Origin: Phoronis australis
Lineage: Eukaryota; Animalia; Phoronida
DNA length: 64,000 bases
Reading direction: 5' to 3'
Assembly: GCA_002633005.1 (NCBI GenBank)
Contig: NMRA01000385.1
Coordinates: forward strand, 313,839-377,838
Shown here: one piece after another, positions 1 through 12,300 of the stretch
How positions within the stretch are numbered: the stretch's first letter is position 1
How the letters are laid out: each line of letters starts with the position of its first letter
Made by a program: the position numbers and the translations under genes
Notes under the pieces: model-generated
What the model saw: only the letters and a program-made list of their open reading frames with translations
The model's database searches: none
What the model was told of the DNA's origin: nothing

Positions 1-170
1 TAGGAATTTAGTGAGAATTTCAGACTTGTTTATTTCTTTAGTGGAAATAACTGAGATTACTGCTTACTTTCAGGATAAGAATCCTTAAACTTTAGCACAA
101 GGTATACTAAGTTGAGTTTCAATGAAATCTGTTTGCTGTTTTGAAACTTACACTATGTAATATTTGCCAG

Positions 171-362
171 GCTTTGCTTGTGATCAGAAGCTGTCAGATT
201 TGAAGAAGAAGAGCGTTGATGACGCAGACAGTGTAGCTAGCAATAAGTATGGTGACAATAAGATGAAGTTGGAGCCAGGAGCCTGCATGAAGGTGAAACT
301 TGAAGTAGAAGGAGTGAACCACATGAAGTCTGATTTGAGCCTAAAAGAGATCTGTACGAAAA
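171..362 (+). CDS. Membrane-protein gene, first visible exon (FACDQKLSDL...LKEICTK)
   Basis: Acceptor tatttgccag at 170, donor GTAAGG at 363, phase 1-1, open in the 164..433 ORF frame. Confidence 0.75.
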
Positions 363-3300
363 GTAAGGTCTTCTGCGTGTTACTTTTTTCAATGCATCAG
401 AACATAATGTTCTGCAGACAGGCCCATCGATAATTAGTTTCTTACAGGGATCCTGCATTTTGAGCACCTGTTTTCTCCTCTGAATAACCGGCATCAAACT
501 AGTTCTCAAAGTCCAAGGTTACCGCTGGCCCACCTGTAGATATGCCCTCTGGATATATCAGGGGCGGATCCAGGATTTTGAGTTAGGGGGGAGGGGGGGC
601 AGGGCAGAGTATTAGCCAGGATTTTGGCACCAGTCAGACATTCACGCCCCTGAACTGCCAAATGGAATCTGGGAGAATTTTAGGGGGGGGCATGGCCCCC
701 TTGCCCCCCCTCTAAATCTGCCACTGTATATATTAGAAAATTTTCCACAGGATATGCACCATGCATGCCTCTAGGGGAAAGTTCAAAATTTGATTGAATT
801 CTGGAAGTTTCCCCAGTGTCATAGGAAATGGAGACAAATTTTTGGTTTTCAGCAATAAATTCCTGCTGGTGGGACATTCATGTAATGCCATGTTGTATAT
901 TAATCTTAGTCACTTGCTACAAGATGGAGTCACTAAAGCATATACTTGATACTCCTAATTATAAATTCGTGTTTATATTAATTTTGGATTTGACTTTTGT
1001 AACCTAAACCGATATTTTTCAACTATATGCCATGAGCTGGTCTGCAAAAACACTGTAACGTTAACTAGATATCTTTGAAAAGTATTCAGTATACACACCA
1101 AAATTAATCACACACGAGAGAAAATCACATGTTATTCCTGTCGTGACGGTTGAGTGCAAACAGAATTAATCATCTTAAGCAGCAGCTCATCGTCATGAGT
1201 GGAAAATTTGGAGAATTTGTCAGAAAGCCCAAATGGAAATTTTGAAAGCTTATCACTATTCCTATAGCTAGAATCGTATAGAAAGCCAGAACAGGATCTG
1301 ATCAAGTGTAAACAAACCTTGTAATAGTTCAACATGGTTTGCATCAATTAGTGTATTAACTGACTGCTGTAGCAGCATCGGACAATTGTCAATTAAGATT
1401 ATAGCAAATATGACTTGCCTTGACAAGTTATTACCGATCTTGTTCAGATGGAATAAGGCAGAGAAAAATCTGCAGGTGGAAGTGGCCGTCATGACAGTGG
1501 AAATGGAGATCATCGTTTTTATTTCCTTAATATGTTTATTCGCTATCTATTACTTGTAATTGTATTAGTCATAATAAATGACCTGATATCACCTTCCTCA
1601 GTCTGCTTTTCATCTCTGGTAACGAGCTTGTGCCGCACATATCATTTATATATTATTCGGGACATATGTCGATCATAAACAATATTTTCTCTTTTGGGGT
1701 GTACTGTACGTTTCTTTTTTTTCTCATTGTCACTTTTCAGTGGTACCAGAATAATGTGCTTCATTTAACCCATTTCTGAAATTAAGTGGATTTAAATTTA
1801 ATTAATTTAAGTAGATTATTTTTATTCTGACTTATAACTCATCTTGTTTGCAAGATTGTTGGCTAGGTTTAAAGCGGCTGTGAACCTCACTTTCTGTCAA
1901 AAAGAGCAACTACTTCGATTTTGACCTTGGATGAAATTCATTTGAATTTATTCCTTTCAGACTGTAGATAAGAAGTGAATTCATTTATTGGGACTAACAA
2001 ATAATTCATTATTGCTCGAACACATGTTTGATGCATAAAATGACCCACTTTGGTTACGTGTTGAGTTTGAACAGAAGCAGTAACAACCATCGGATGCTAA
2101 AAAATCATTTCTCATTTGACGGAGGAACAACTCAGATTTTTATTTATGAACTAATTCAAGAAAGGTTATTTTTGAAGAGGAGCGGGTTCATGGCAGCCTT
2201 AAATTTGCCTAGATTATGAATACATACTTCTATCTTAATGACAACGGTTGCCATTCTTTCAGGACCCAATGATACCAGCATCTCTCTTGGGTCATCAAGA
2301 GTCAAGAGATCCGTTCAGTCTATCAACATTGCCAATGGAACAATATTAGTTCAAGGTAGGTAATTAATGGCTTGTTACCTGAGAAAACTCATGAAATAGT
2401 AACTGTGGTAGTTTTCAAGATAAACTAGACAGACTTCTAAAGAAGTCTGCCAGACTGCCAAACTTGGACAACCTTCTCGTCAGACTTATTTAATTTAACA
2501 TTAGTTGCATTGGAACATCATTTTGTTGAACGTTACTCACAGTTTAATATGTTATAGCAGCTGGCCACTCATTATTTATTTGCAGGGAAAATTGCTTCGG
2601 TATCGACAAAGTGTGTGGATTTTCCAGAAATGAATCATGTTTTAGTATAATTAGTGGCTGTTTTGTGCGACGAAAGTTTGTCAAATTTCCGCGCTGTCCA
2701 GTTATTTTGAAAACTACTCTGTAATAGATACGTGTACAGAGCCCGCAATCTCTCAATTTCGAATCTGATCATGATTGGCCCCATTCCCCTCTGAAAAATA
2801 TTGAAAATCACCTGAAATTCCCCCTCATGAGGCCCAAGTGATTAAAAATTTCCCCCAGAGTTTCGAATCACTTGTAACTCACGCAGGTGACAATTTGAAT
2901 GAGCACAAAAAGTTTTGGATACATGAGGCAGAGCCTATTGTTATGATATCGTTCCACATTTTATAATTGCTCACTGTTCACTGCTCCAATCCACGTTCCA
3001 CATTTTATAGTTGCTCACTGTTCACTGCTCCAATCCAACTTTTGATGTATACGTTGCTGGAAGTTCATTAATACAACTCATCTGCATTTACTAGTTAATT
3101 AGTGTACTTTTCATAATATTACATGCCATAACACGGCATGACATGGTGGCGATGGTGAGATATGGACTGAAACACCCACACTATCAGGCAGCAGTGAGTA
3201 CACGCTGTAAAACATTGTGGGATCACTTCTAACTCGGTGAGTTGTTGACGTAACGTTCCGATAAAAAAGCACTCACCAGTGGCCGCGTTAAGTTTCATAC

Positions 3301-6300
3301 AGTATATTGTGCTATTATACCCGCAATCATCGACGATGGCTACACAATCCGTATTAGTACCTCAATTTGACTGAGGATCACCCAACGTCGCAGAGTCATT
3401 CCACCGTGTTAAGCAGCGCATGGAACTGTACTTTACAGTTAAAGGCACCAAGACAACCGAGAAGGTACTAATCATTCTCCTTACAACTGGAAAGAAGGCC
3501 TGTACAGGTACAACAGCTAGTCCCTCAGCGAAGATGATCGCAAGGACGTACAAAAATATTTTATGCTTTCATCGAGCAACTTGAGCCTGCGACTAATCAC
3601 CGTGTTTGCAGGCTGGAACTCGTCAAGTACTACCAGAAACCATCGGAAACAAATGACACATTCATCAACCGATGCCAGCTTGACTAGCGAAGAACTGTGA
3701 CTTCTCTGACTCCGAAACAAATGAACACTTGGTCGAACTGCTAATTGCGAACACACCTATTCCTGAGCTCCAAAAAGAACTGCTCAATAAACCAAAGGGT
3801 TTCTCGATTCAAGTGGCTGTACACCTAGATGGTACCCATGAGGCATCTGCACAGTGACCATACCACAAGAATCCAACAGTCGAAGAACTCAACCATGATT
3901 TTGCTGCTGCTAAATTCTTCTCAAAGTTAGATGCAAATTCAGGATATTGGTCAGTCAAGCTCGACCAAGAAAGCCAATCTCTGATGACTTTCCAAACACC
4001 GTTTGGAAGGTATTGTTTCCAACTGCTTCCTTTTGGTCTCAACATCAGCCAGGACATTTTCCAACTAGAAATGGATAGAATCCTCGACAAGTGTAAAGGC
4101 GCATGTGGATTTGCCTTTGACATCGCCATCTATTGGTCAACAGAGAACAAGCACGAGGAAAATCTTAGACACTTCATGGAGATCGCAACCCAGGAGGGTC
4201 TTACGCTTAACTCGAGCATGCGACATATAACGCCAAGAGGTATCCATCTTTGGAAATGTGTACACTCACACTGAAATGAACCCCAATTAACCCAGCCAAG
4301 GTACGTGACCTACAGGTGTCAGAACCACATGACAAAACACAACTGTAGCAATTCCTAAGTGTGATGACTCAGTTCGTCAAAGACTTCAGTTCCAAAACTA
4401 CCATTTTGTGTGACTTCTTACACAAAGACTCAGAGTTTCTGTGGGAACCACACCACCAAAGAGCCTTCACTGACCTCAAGAGCGAAATCTCTGAGACATC
4501 GCTTCTCCAGTACTTCAACCAAAAGCTCCCAATCTACATGCACTGTGACGCAAGCTTCCAAGGCATAGGCGCCGCTCTATTGCAACCCAATTCTACTGGC
4601 ACTCTGGTTCCTGTTGTCAATGCCAGCAAGAGCCAGACACCAGCCAAACAGAGGTACACATGCACTGAGCGTGAGTTATTGGCAATCGTATTTGGCACCC
4701 AGAGATTTCACTCTTTTTTTGTACGGTCACACTTTCCAAGTAATCACCGTCCATAAACCACTCGTGATGATCATCGACAAACCGCTCACTTCAGCTCCAG
4801 CGCGTCTCCAGCAGATGCTTATCCAACTTCAGGGATACAACTTCAACCTCTCCTATAACAAGGGATCCAACAACGTTTTGACCAATGGACTCTCACGTTT
4901 ACTGTCACCATGCAACGCTGAACCTACTGTGGCTGACCCTCTACTCAGCCAGCTGAGAGATATCATCATCATGGGATGGCCAGTGATGATTAAGCAGCTG
5001 CCAACTGACGTCAGAGCATTCTGGGGTCCAAGAGATAATCTCTCGGTAGACAACGGCCTTCCTCAAGGGGCAACAGATCGTCATTCCTGAGACCCTGCAA
5101 GAAGAGATACTGAGACAACTCCATACTGCCCACCTGGAACAAGAGAAAGCCCAACTCCTAGCTAAGGACACTGTATACTGGGTAAACATAAACAAAGACA
5201 TTGACCGGTTCACCAAGTCGCGCAGCATATGCCAGCACCATCAACCATCCCAGATGTCAGAGCCACTGCTGTGCAGCAAAGCCATGGGATGTTGTAGGTA
5301 CCGACCTGTTTGAACTCCACGAGTCCTAGTAGCTGATCATAGTCGACTACTAATCTTAAGTATCCTGTAGTGCGACAGTTACCTACTCCTTCACCAAGCA
5401 GCGTTGTTCTAAACATCACAGGCGGAGCTCGGTATACCGTCCAAGGTTAAGTAAGCAACAATGGGCCACATTTCTCCAAAGCTGCCCGTGGTGAATTTGC
5501 TATGGCGTGGACATTCAACCATGAGACCATCTCACCTCGGAGACCACAGGGAAATGGTTTTGTAGAGCACCAGGTGTGGACTGTAAAGACTATCCTCAAG
5601 AAGGCCAAGCAGTCTGGCACAACACCTGAAGTTGCATTGTTCCACTGGCGATGCACTCCAATCTCAAACGACTTGCCAAGTCCAGCACAGCTACTCATGG
5701 CCGTGGATGAATCCAGTCTCCACTTGCTACGAAAATTGCAAATCGCCACCAAAACAAGGACCAAGTAAGAACAAGAGAACCAGAAGAAATATTTTGACCG
5801 ACACACACTCAAAGGAGAATTAATTACCACCTCTGTACCCTGGTCAGGGAGTAGAGTACAACACCCCGTGTCTGGAAGCTGGGATCCAGCTATCATAGAA
5901 TCCTAGGCAGATGGTCCTTGTTCCTTTTTGTTAAGAAATATAAATGGACGCGTGTTCCGATGAAACCGTCAACACATACGAGATGTCCCCATATAACCAA
6001 GTGTATCGACGACTCCAGATGTTTCGAAGGTTGCTCAAACTAAACACGTGACTTTTGCAGAACCCCCACTTGTTTGCAAAACCCCAGCCTTGCTCACTTA
6101 CCTGCAACATCCAGTGGTAGGATTTTGAAACGACCAAAAAAGATGAACTTGTAGTTTTATGAGCAGTTATTCACACATAGATCTTAATTACTTACCTTAG
6201 GTAGCTTACATACAGCAAGCATATAACATAGGGCAGAATAACTCCCCCCCCCNCCCCCCCCCCTACCATTCTGTGGCTGTTCAGTAGTCCACCTGAACTA

Positions 6301-9300
6301 GCCTAGTGTTTATACATCGCGTTTTTATTTGATAGCCTTTGTCTTAGGATTTCTTTTCTTGGTAAAAGGGGATGTGATGATGTCGTTCCACATATTATAA
6401 TTTTTATAATTGCTCATTGTTCACTGCTCCGATTCAACTTCTGATGTATCCCTTGCCGGAAGCTCATTAATAAACCTCGTGTGCATTTACCAGTCAATCA
6501 GTGTACTTTTCTTAACATTACATGCCATAACACGTCATGACACCTATGAGGGCTTGCAACAGTGGTGGGGGGTGCTATTGACGATGATTGTGGGGTAGAA
6601 TTTTCTTCTGAAAAGGCACAGGCACCTTTACCTTGGGGGATTGAAGGCCCTGGGAGATAGACAAAAATCATTTAGGAGTCCAGAAGCTCGAAAATAGTGA
6701 GGACCAGGGAAAAAAATTACTTTCAAAAGCACATGAAATGGGCTACTGGAGCACTATAATAATTTCTTCATTCTCTTGCTGAAAAAACTGTCATAAGTTG
6801 TGAACAAAATTTTTTAATCTTTTTACACCACCCGATGTTGCCTAAGGAGGTGCAGCCAGGTATTGCATTCAATTGGTGCATGCGAGGCTGAGTGACACGA
6901 TCTGTAGTTGTAACACAACTCCACTACGATACAGAGTGACTTCGTATATTTAAGTGATACCTATAGCAGTTTTTACATCATGACATCAAAGCAGTTTTAG
7001 AAAATCAAAGCAATCACACATTAGTTGTAGTCATAGATGGTTGTTATGTTTCCCTCAGATTGCGTGTTTTTAAATGTTGCCTTTTTGATAAGCCTTTATT
7101 GGTAGTACAGACTTCACCCTAGGCTCTGTTTTGTGACATTGTATAACAAAGACTAAGGTATAGTTGGTAAGAAAATTATTTCACTAATAAAATGAAACCT
7201 GAACCAAACTGCTTTGGATAGCTTTTTCATTCTTTACATCCAACATCATCACATAGGAGATATTTGCAGATGGTGCTCGGCATCTTACTTCCGATTATGA
7301 AACCTAATTGTTCATTTTAAGGTTGGGGCTCGGTAAAATAGTTTGGCAGCTGTTGTAAAGGAATATTAATTGTCTCAGAACTGTCAGAGTCCACACTGAG
7401 ATTGAACCTCGAACAACGTATAGTCTGGTTGATTCTATTTGAATGGCATTTCCCTACAAGGTATTACTCACTACTTGTTTCTGACTTATGTATTGTGCAT
7501 TGTTCTCTCCAGGTACTGGTGGCATCATGTATGGTGAGTTATCTGAAGCTGACCTGCAGTCAAGTTACGGCTCAGCAGCCAGTGACGCTCCAAGCTACAT
7601 AGCTGACATGGAGGGCAACAGCAAGAATAATGATAAGCATTCCCGCAGAATGATGAGACGGTATTTATACTTTCTTTCACAGTACATTCTGGGATTTCCA
7701 AACTGGTTCCCAACAACAACTTTCAAAAAAAAACCCATAGGTGTCACCTTTGCGATCGGGATGCACGTGGCAAATTCATGGATGCAAATCTCTTTGAAAA
7801 ACCCTGGGTCTCTTTCAGAAATGCCCTGTAATTGAAGTCGGGCACACCTCATTAATTCAAACTGAAATCACAGATGCCTAATTCTTAGTAAGTCATTCAA
7901 GTTAAAATTCTGACTTGTTGTGAATTAAAGTAAATAGGGTTTTAGTGGTTACCACAACTTGTGTCTAGTATACTTTCAACACAGATAACTCGTTGAACCC
8001 ATACAACTTATTGCATGTGATGTTGAAGCCCATGTTGATACTTTGTGAAACAACCATCGACTGGCAGTTTAAACTTGATGTGTACGCTTTTACTGCTTGC
8101 TAAAATATTCATGTGGCTGAGTTTGCACTCCACTGCCATCTGGTGTTTGTCCATTACAAGTCAGAGTCATCTTTGATAGTAATTATTGCATGGATTGAAT
8201 GAACGTTTCAACAATAGGTGGGTTTCATGTAACCCAAATCATGTTCAATCGTGTCATCTATAATGGACTTTTCAATAGTGTGCATTTCGTATGCACTTTA
8301 TTGGAAATTTTAAGGCCTGTGAGTACCTACTTATAAAACCACCATGACATCAGGTTGAAATTAAACAAACTCTTGAAATTTTCTTATGAAAGACTGCAGA
8401 ACAACTTAACAAAATTATGGTCAACAGAACTAGCTCCATTCTCAAACACGAACCAAAGTTAAATGGTTTTCAGAAATGGTGCTCAATCTAGAAACTGTTC
8501 AACGCCTGGTTACGAACATTCCACTTGGTGTAATACGTTATGGGAAATCTTGAAACTCGAAGTGTGCATGAATCAGGAATACATCACCAGACAGGTTTAC
8601 TTTCTCTCTAACATGTAGTCATATCGTCCAGTTAAGCTGGTAGAAGACGGATTCGTGTTGTTGTTTTGGGTCATGTGTTTTTGAGCAATGGGAAATGGAA
8701 TTCATATTTGACACGAGCACAAGTTGTCTATCAGCTGTCTGTTTCATGAAGAGTGACTAAAGACTTAGACAGGAATTTGATTTTATGCTCTCACTTCACA
8801 ATTGACCTATCGCCAAAATTATGACGGATGGCTTAATTGACCAATCAGAACGCAGCATTCTTGGCACACCTTCGTCTGCGTTTCCAAGACGCCATTTTAC
8901 CCGACAAACCACACGTAGTCGAGTAATACTTACTTTAGTCTATATCTCAAGAAATTGTCCGCTAAGAATGGGGAAACAGTGTTGATATGGCGTGTGTAGC
9001 ACCGACAGTTGTTATGCTACTCCAGAATAATATCTCATCATTTTTTGGCATGTCCTAAGCAGAAAAATGATGTTGAAAGCGAAAACTATCGATCAAACTG
9101 TACGGCCACACGAGCAGCTGAACTTAACGATGTTGCTTGATAACTCGAAGGCTATAATAAACACAAATATATTAGTTCCAAGATACGCACTTTTCAGCTT
9201 GGTGGCTATGGTGCAGGGTTATCTCAGATTTTAACTCACGAGTTTCCTACGTCTGGCTGCCTTTGTCTTGGCACCTGCTGGATCTCAGCACTCTAGCGGT

Positions 9301-12300
9301 AGTACACGGAAATTGTTGTTTTCAAGGACATTTTTATTTTATTTCATTTTATTTTTTATTTATTTCAACCTAATGGACATTATTTTGTTTCGTATCAGAG
9401 GTACATTTTTGTTATTCATAAACCGTAGGCTGGCGTTCAACTGAACTTCTCTCCTGGTCAAAATTCAGAGATTCGATCACCACAGGGCACTGGATTACTG
9501 CCAGAACTCAAGCCATGGTCGAGCTGTTGTCACTAAAAATAAACTGTTGAATTACTTTTTTGACGTGTACCTCTTGTATACACTATGTTTGTAGAGTTAG
9601 AGAGAGCTCATTTTGAAGTTGTTCAAACATAATATTTAAATTTATGAAGCTTTAAAAAAGAATTTGAGTTATTTTTGTAAATACCCTATTTTTGCAACTA
9701 CCACAACAGACTTGTAATCTTTTGTAACCATACCATGACTTAGTGATCATGCTACCTTCAAAATTAAATGAAAGCTACCTTTGTGGAATGAAACTACAAA
9801 AAAATGCCAAGTTCATAAGAAGGTAGCCTAATTTAAATGTCTTTGGTGCAAACGGACAATTCCATAGGTGGATTTAAGGGCCCCCCCCCCTTGGCTGCCG
9901 CAACCAAAATGAAATAGCAAGAGCGTGAAGCGTGAGGAAATATTGAGTTCAGCACCTAGGACCGGTAGCAGAAGAGGGGGGCTCAGACCCAAGATCGTAG
10001 CGGAATCGTGTTCCTGTTTTTTTTTAGTCCACCAATAGATTTTCTGAACAGAAGGTCCAACGGTCTACATCCCTGGCTCCTGCAACTTTCGGGCCGCCTA
10101 TGCACATACAATCGCACTTTTCCCAATTCCACGAGGCAACATATGTTGGGCCCCTCTGTGGTATCCTAGATCCGCCACTGAATTCTAGTCATTAAAGGTG
10201 AAGGCAACCTTTTTTCATGTCACTTTTAGCAAAAATAAGGTTTGTTGATTATCCCAGACACATTTTTCACTTAATTACAGCTTTTCGTAATTTGATTAAT
10301 TTCTCGTCCTTTACTCAGGAAGTGACGTTTTGGGAGGCAATAGTTTCGCGCCAATTTCTTTTCATTATAGTCCGACTTTGAGAGCTGTCGAGTCAGTCAT
10401 TGTTCTACCTCGGTTGTGATAAGTTTGGTCGTCGTTTGCTTTTGTTTACAAGTCAGTCAACATGCCACATTGTTGCTGCATGCCGGGATGTACTCATTAT
10501 CATCTCACACGCGCTATGGGTACCTTGCGTCGCTTTCCGAAGGATGACACACTTTGCCGTAGGCTACTTGGCTAGCTCGTTCATGTAAAGAACGCAGCGC
10601 TACCCGTCCACGCATCGTACCGTAAAGCAGTGGAGGGTTAACGAGTGTGTGGCAAGCATTTTCAGATTATGACAGAGATATGTACGCTGAATTGATGAAG
10701 GTCCCTGCGAAACAACGCCTGAAGAAGGGTACCATACCGTCGCCGTTGATTCCCGGCAGTGCCCCATCGCCAACCCCGAGAAGTGCATTTTTGAAACGAG
10801 AAGCCACTATATACAGTGACTGGAGGCACTTCATCTACTCTCACCCGTGCCTCCGAACGTACCCCACTGCGTGCAATACCGGGAACTAGCAGTGATTCGC
10901 CCTGTGCTGTTGTCTCTAGCCCAGAGCCTGTAAGCAGCCCTGCAGCGAGGTTGAGTAGTGGGAGTGAATACAGGCCCAGTTCCACACCCTGTGAAGAGGA
11001 CAGTTTGTCATCCAGTGAACAGATCGGTGAGCCTAAGTTTGATAAGTTTTTTACAGACTTGTATTGGAGCTATTTGGAAGGTGTCAGGTGTGTGACGAGA
11101 GTCACACGGCGGGATGTAAGCAGTTTGGGTGCTCAGATCACCCTCCATTGGGAGTGTGTCGCGGAACACTCGAGCAATTGAGACAGTTCTTCCTCTGTAC
11201 GTGAGACGATAATGAGTACACCCCAGTACGCAGCAACAGCGTGGCATGTTGACTGACTCGTAAGCAAAAGCAAACGGCGACCAAACTTATCACAATCAAG
11301 GTTGAACAATGACCGACTCGAATGCTCTCACAGTCAGACTATATGAAAAGAAATTGGCGCAAAATTCTTGCCTCCCAAAACATCACTTCCGGAGTAGACG
11401 ACGAGTAATTAATTGAATTACGAAAAGCAGTAAATAAGTGAAAAATATGTCTGGGATAATCAACGAACCTTATTTTTGCTAAAAATGACATGAAAAAAGG
11501 TTGCCTTCGCCTTTAATTTGAATTAGACACAGCCCTAGACCTACCGGAGCTAACTGTTTGCTTAGGGCGAGACGAGTGTGTACCTGAGCTATGAACCTGA
11601 ATTTTTTTATCAAAATATTTCGTTGCAAGATTAGAAAAGCGTAAACAGTGCTATCGAGTCGACCTAGTCAGAGACTATAGTGCATGTGTTGTCTGTAATC
11701 TATGACCTACTTTACTCCAGGAGTTCCATCAGTTGTGACCTACTTTTCATTTGGCGAAATTTAGCAGACGCCAGAATAAGAATATCTGTGAATCTTCACT
11801 GATTTTATTCGAAAGATCATAAAATCCATGGAATCCTACAGATAGTTCGACTTTAAGGTACATACCTAGTTTTACATGAACATATCGTATCTGTGGCTTT
11901 GTCATTTGTCAGGTGAAGGTAGCCCCGAGGTCGAGGGGTTCTTCGGATTTTCGCTGGCTCCTCAAGCACATATTTTTTCATCATCACCTTTACAAAGTCC
12001 CATATCATGAACGTACAATTCTCTGTTGAAAAGCATCGCCTCTTGTCTCTGTCGAAGCGTTTTCAAATAGTGCAAAAACACTCATCGATTCCACCAGGAA
12101 GGTCGTTTAGCGACAGTGTATTTGCCTCTGACATCTCATTCGACTGTCAGGTATCACGTGACTTTTCGCGTAGGGGTGGAGCTTGCGATAGGTCAATTAC
12201 GGAATAAAAGTTAAAAAGCCATTTAATTATTAGTACATTACAACCTGGATATAATTTATACACATTGTCTCAGAAGCTAGGATTTATGGGACGTGGCTTT

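Noticed and set aside
6244-6263. Poly-C tract as a structural element
   Set aside because: Contains an N and sits inside the Gypsy element; length is unreliable.
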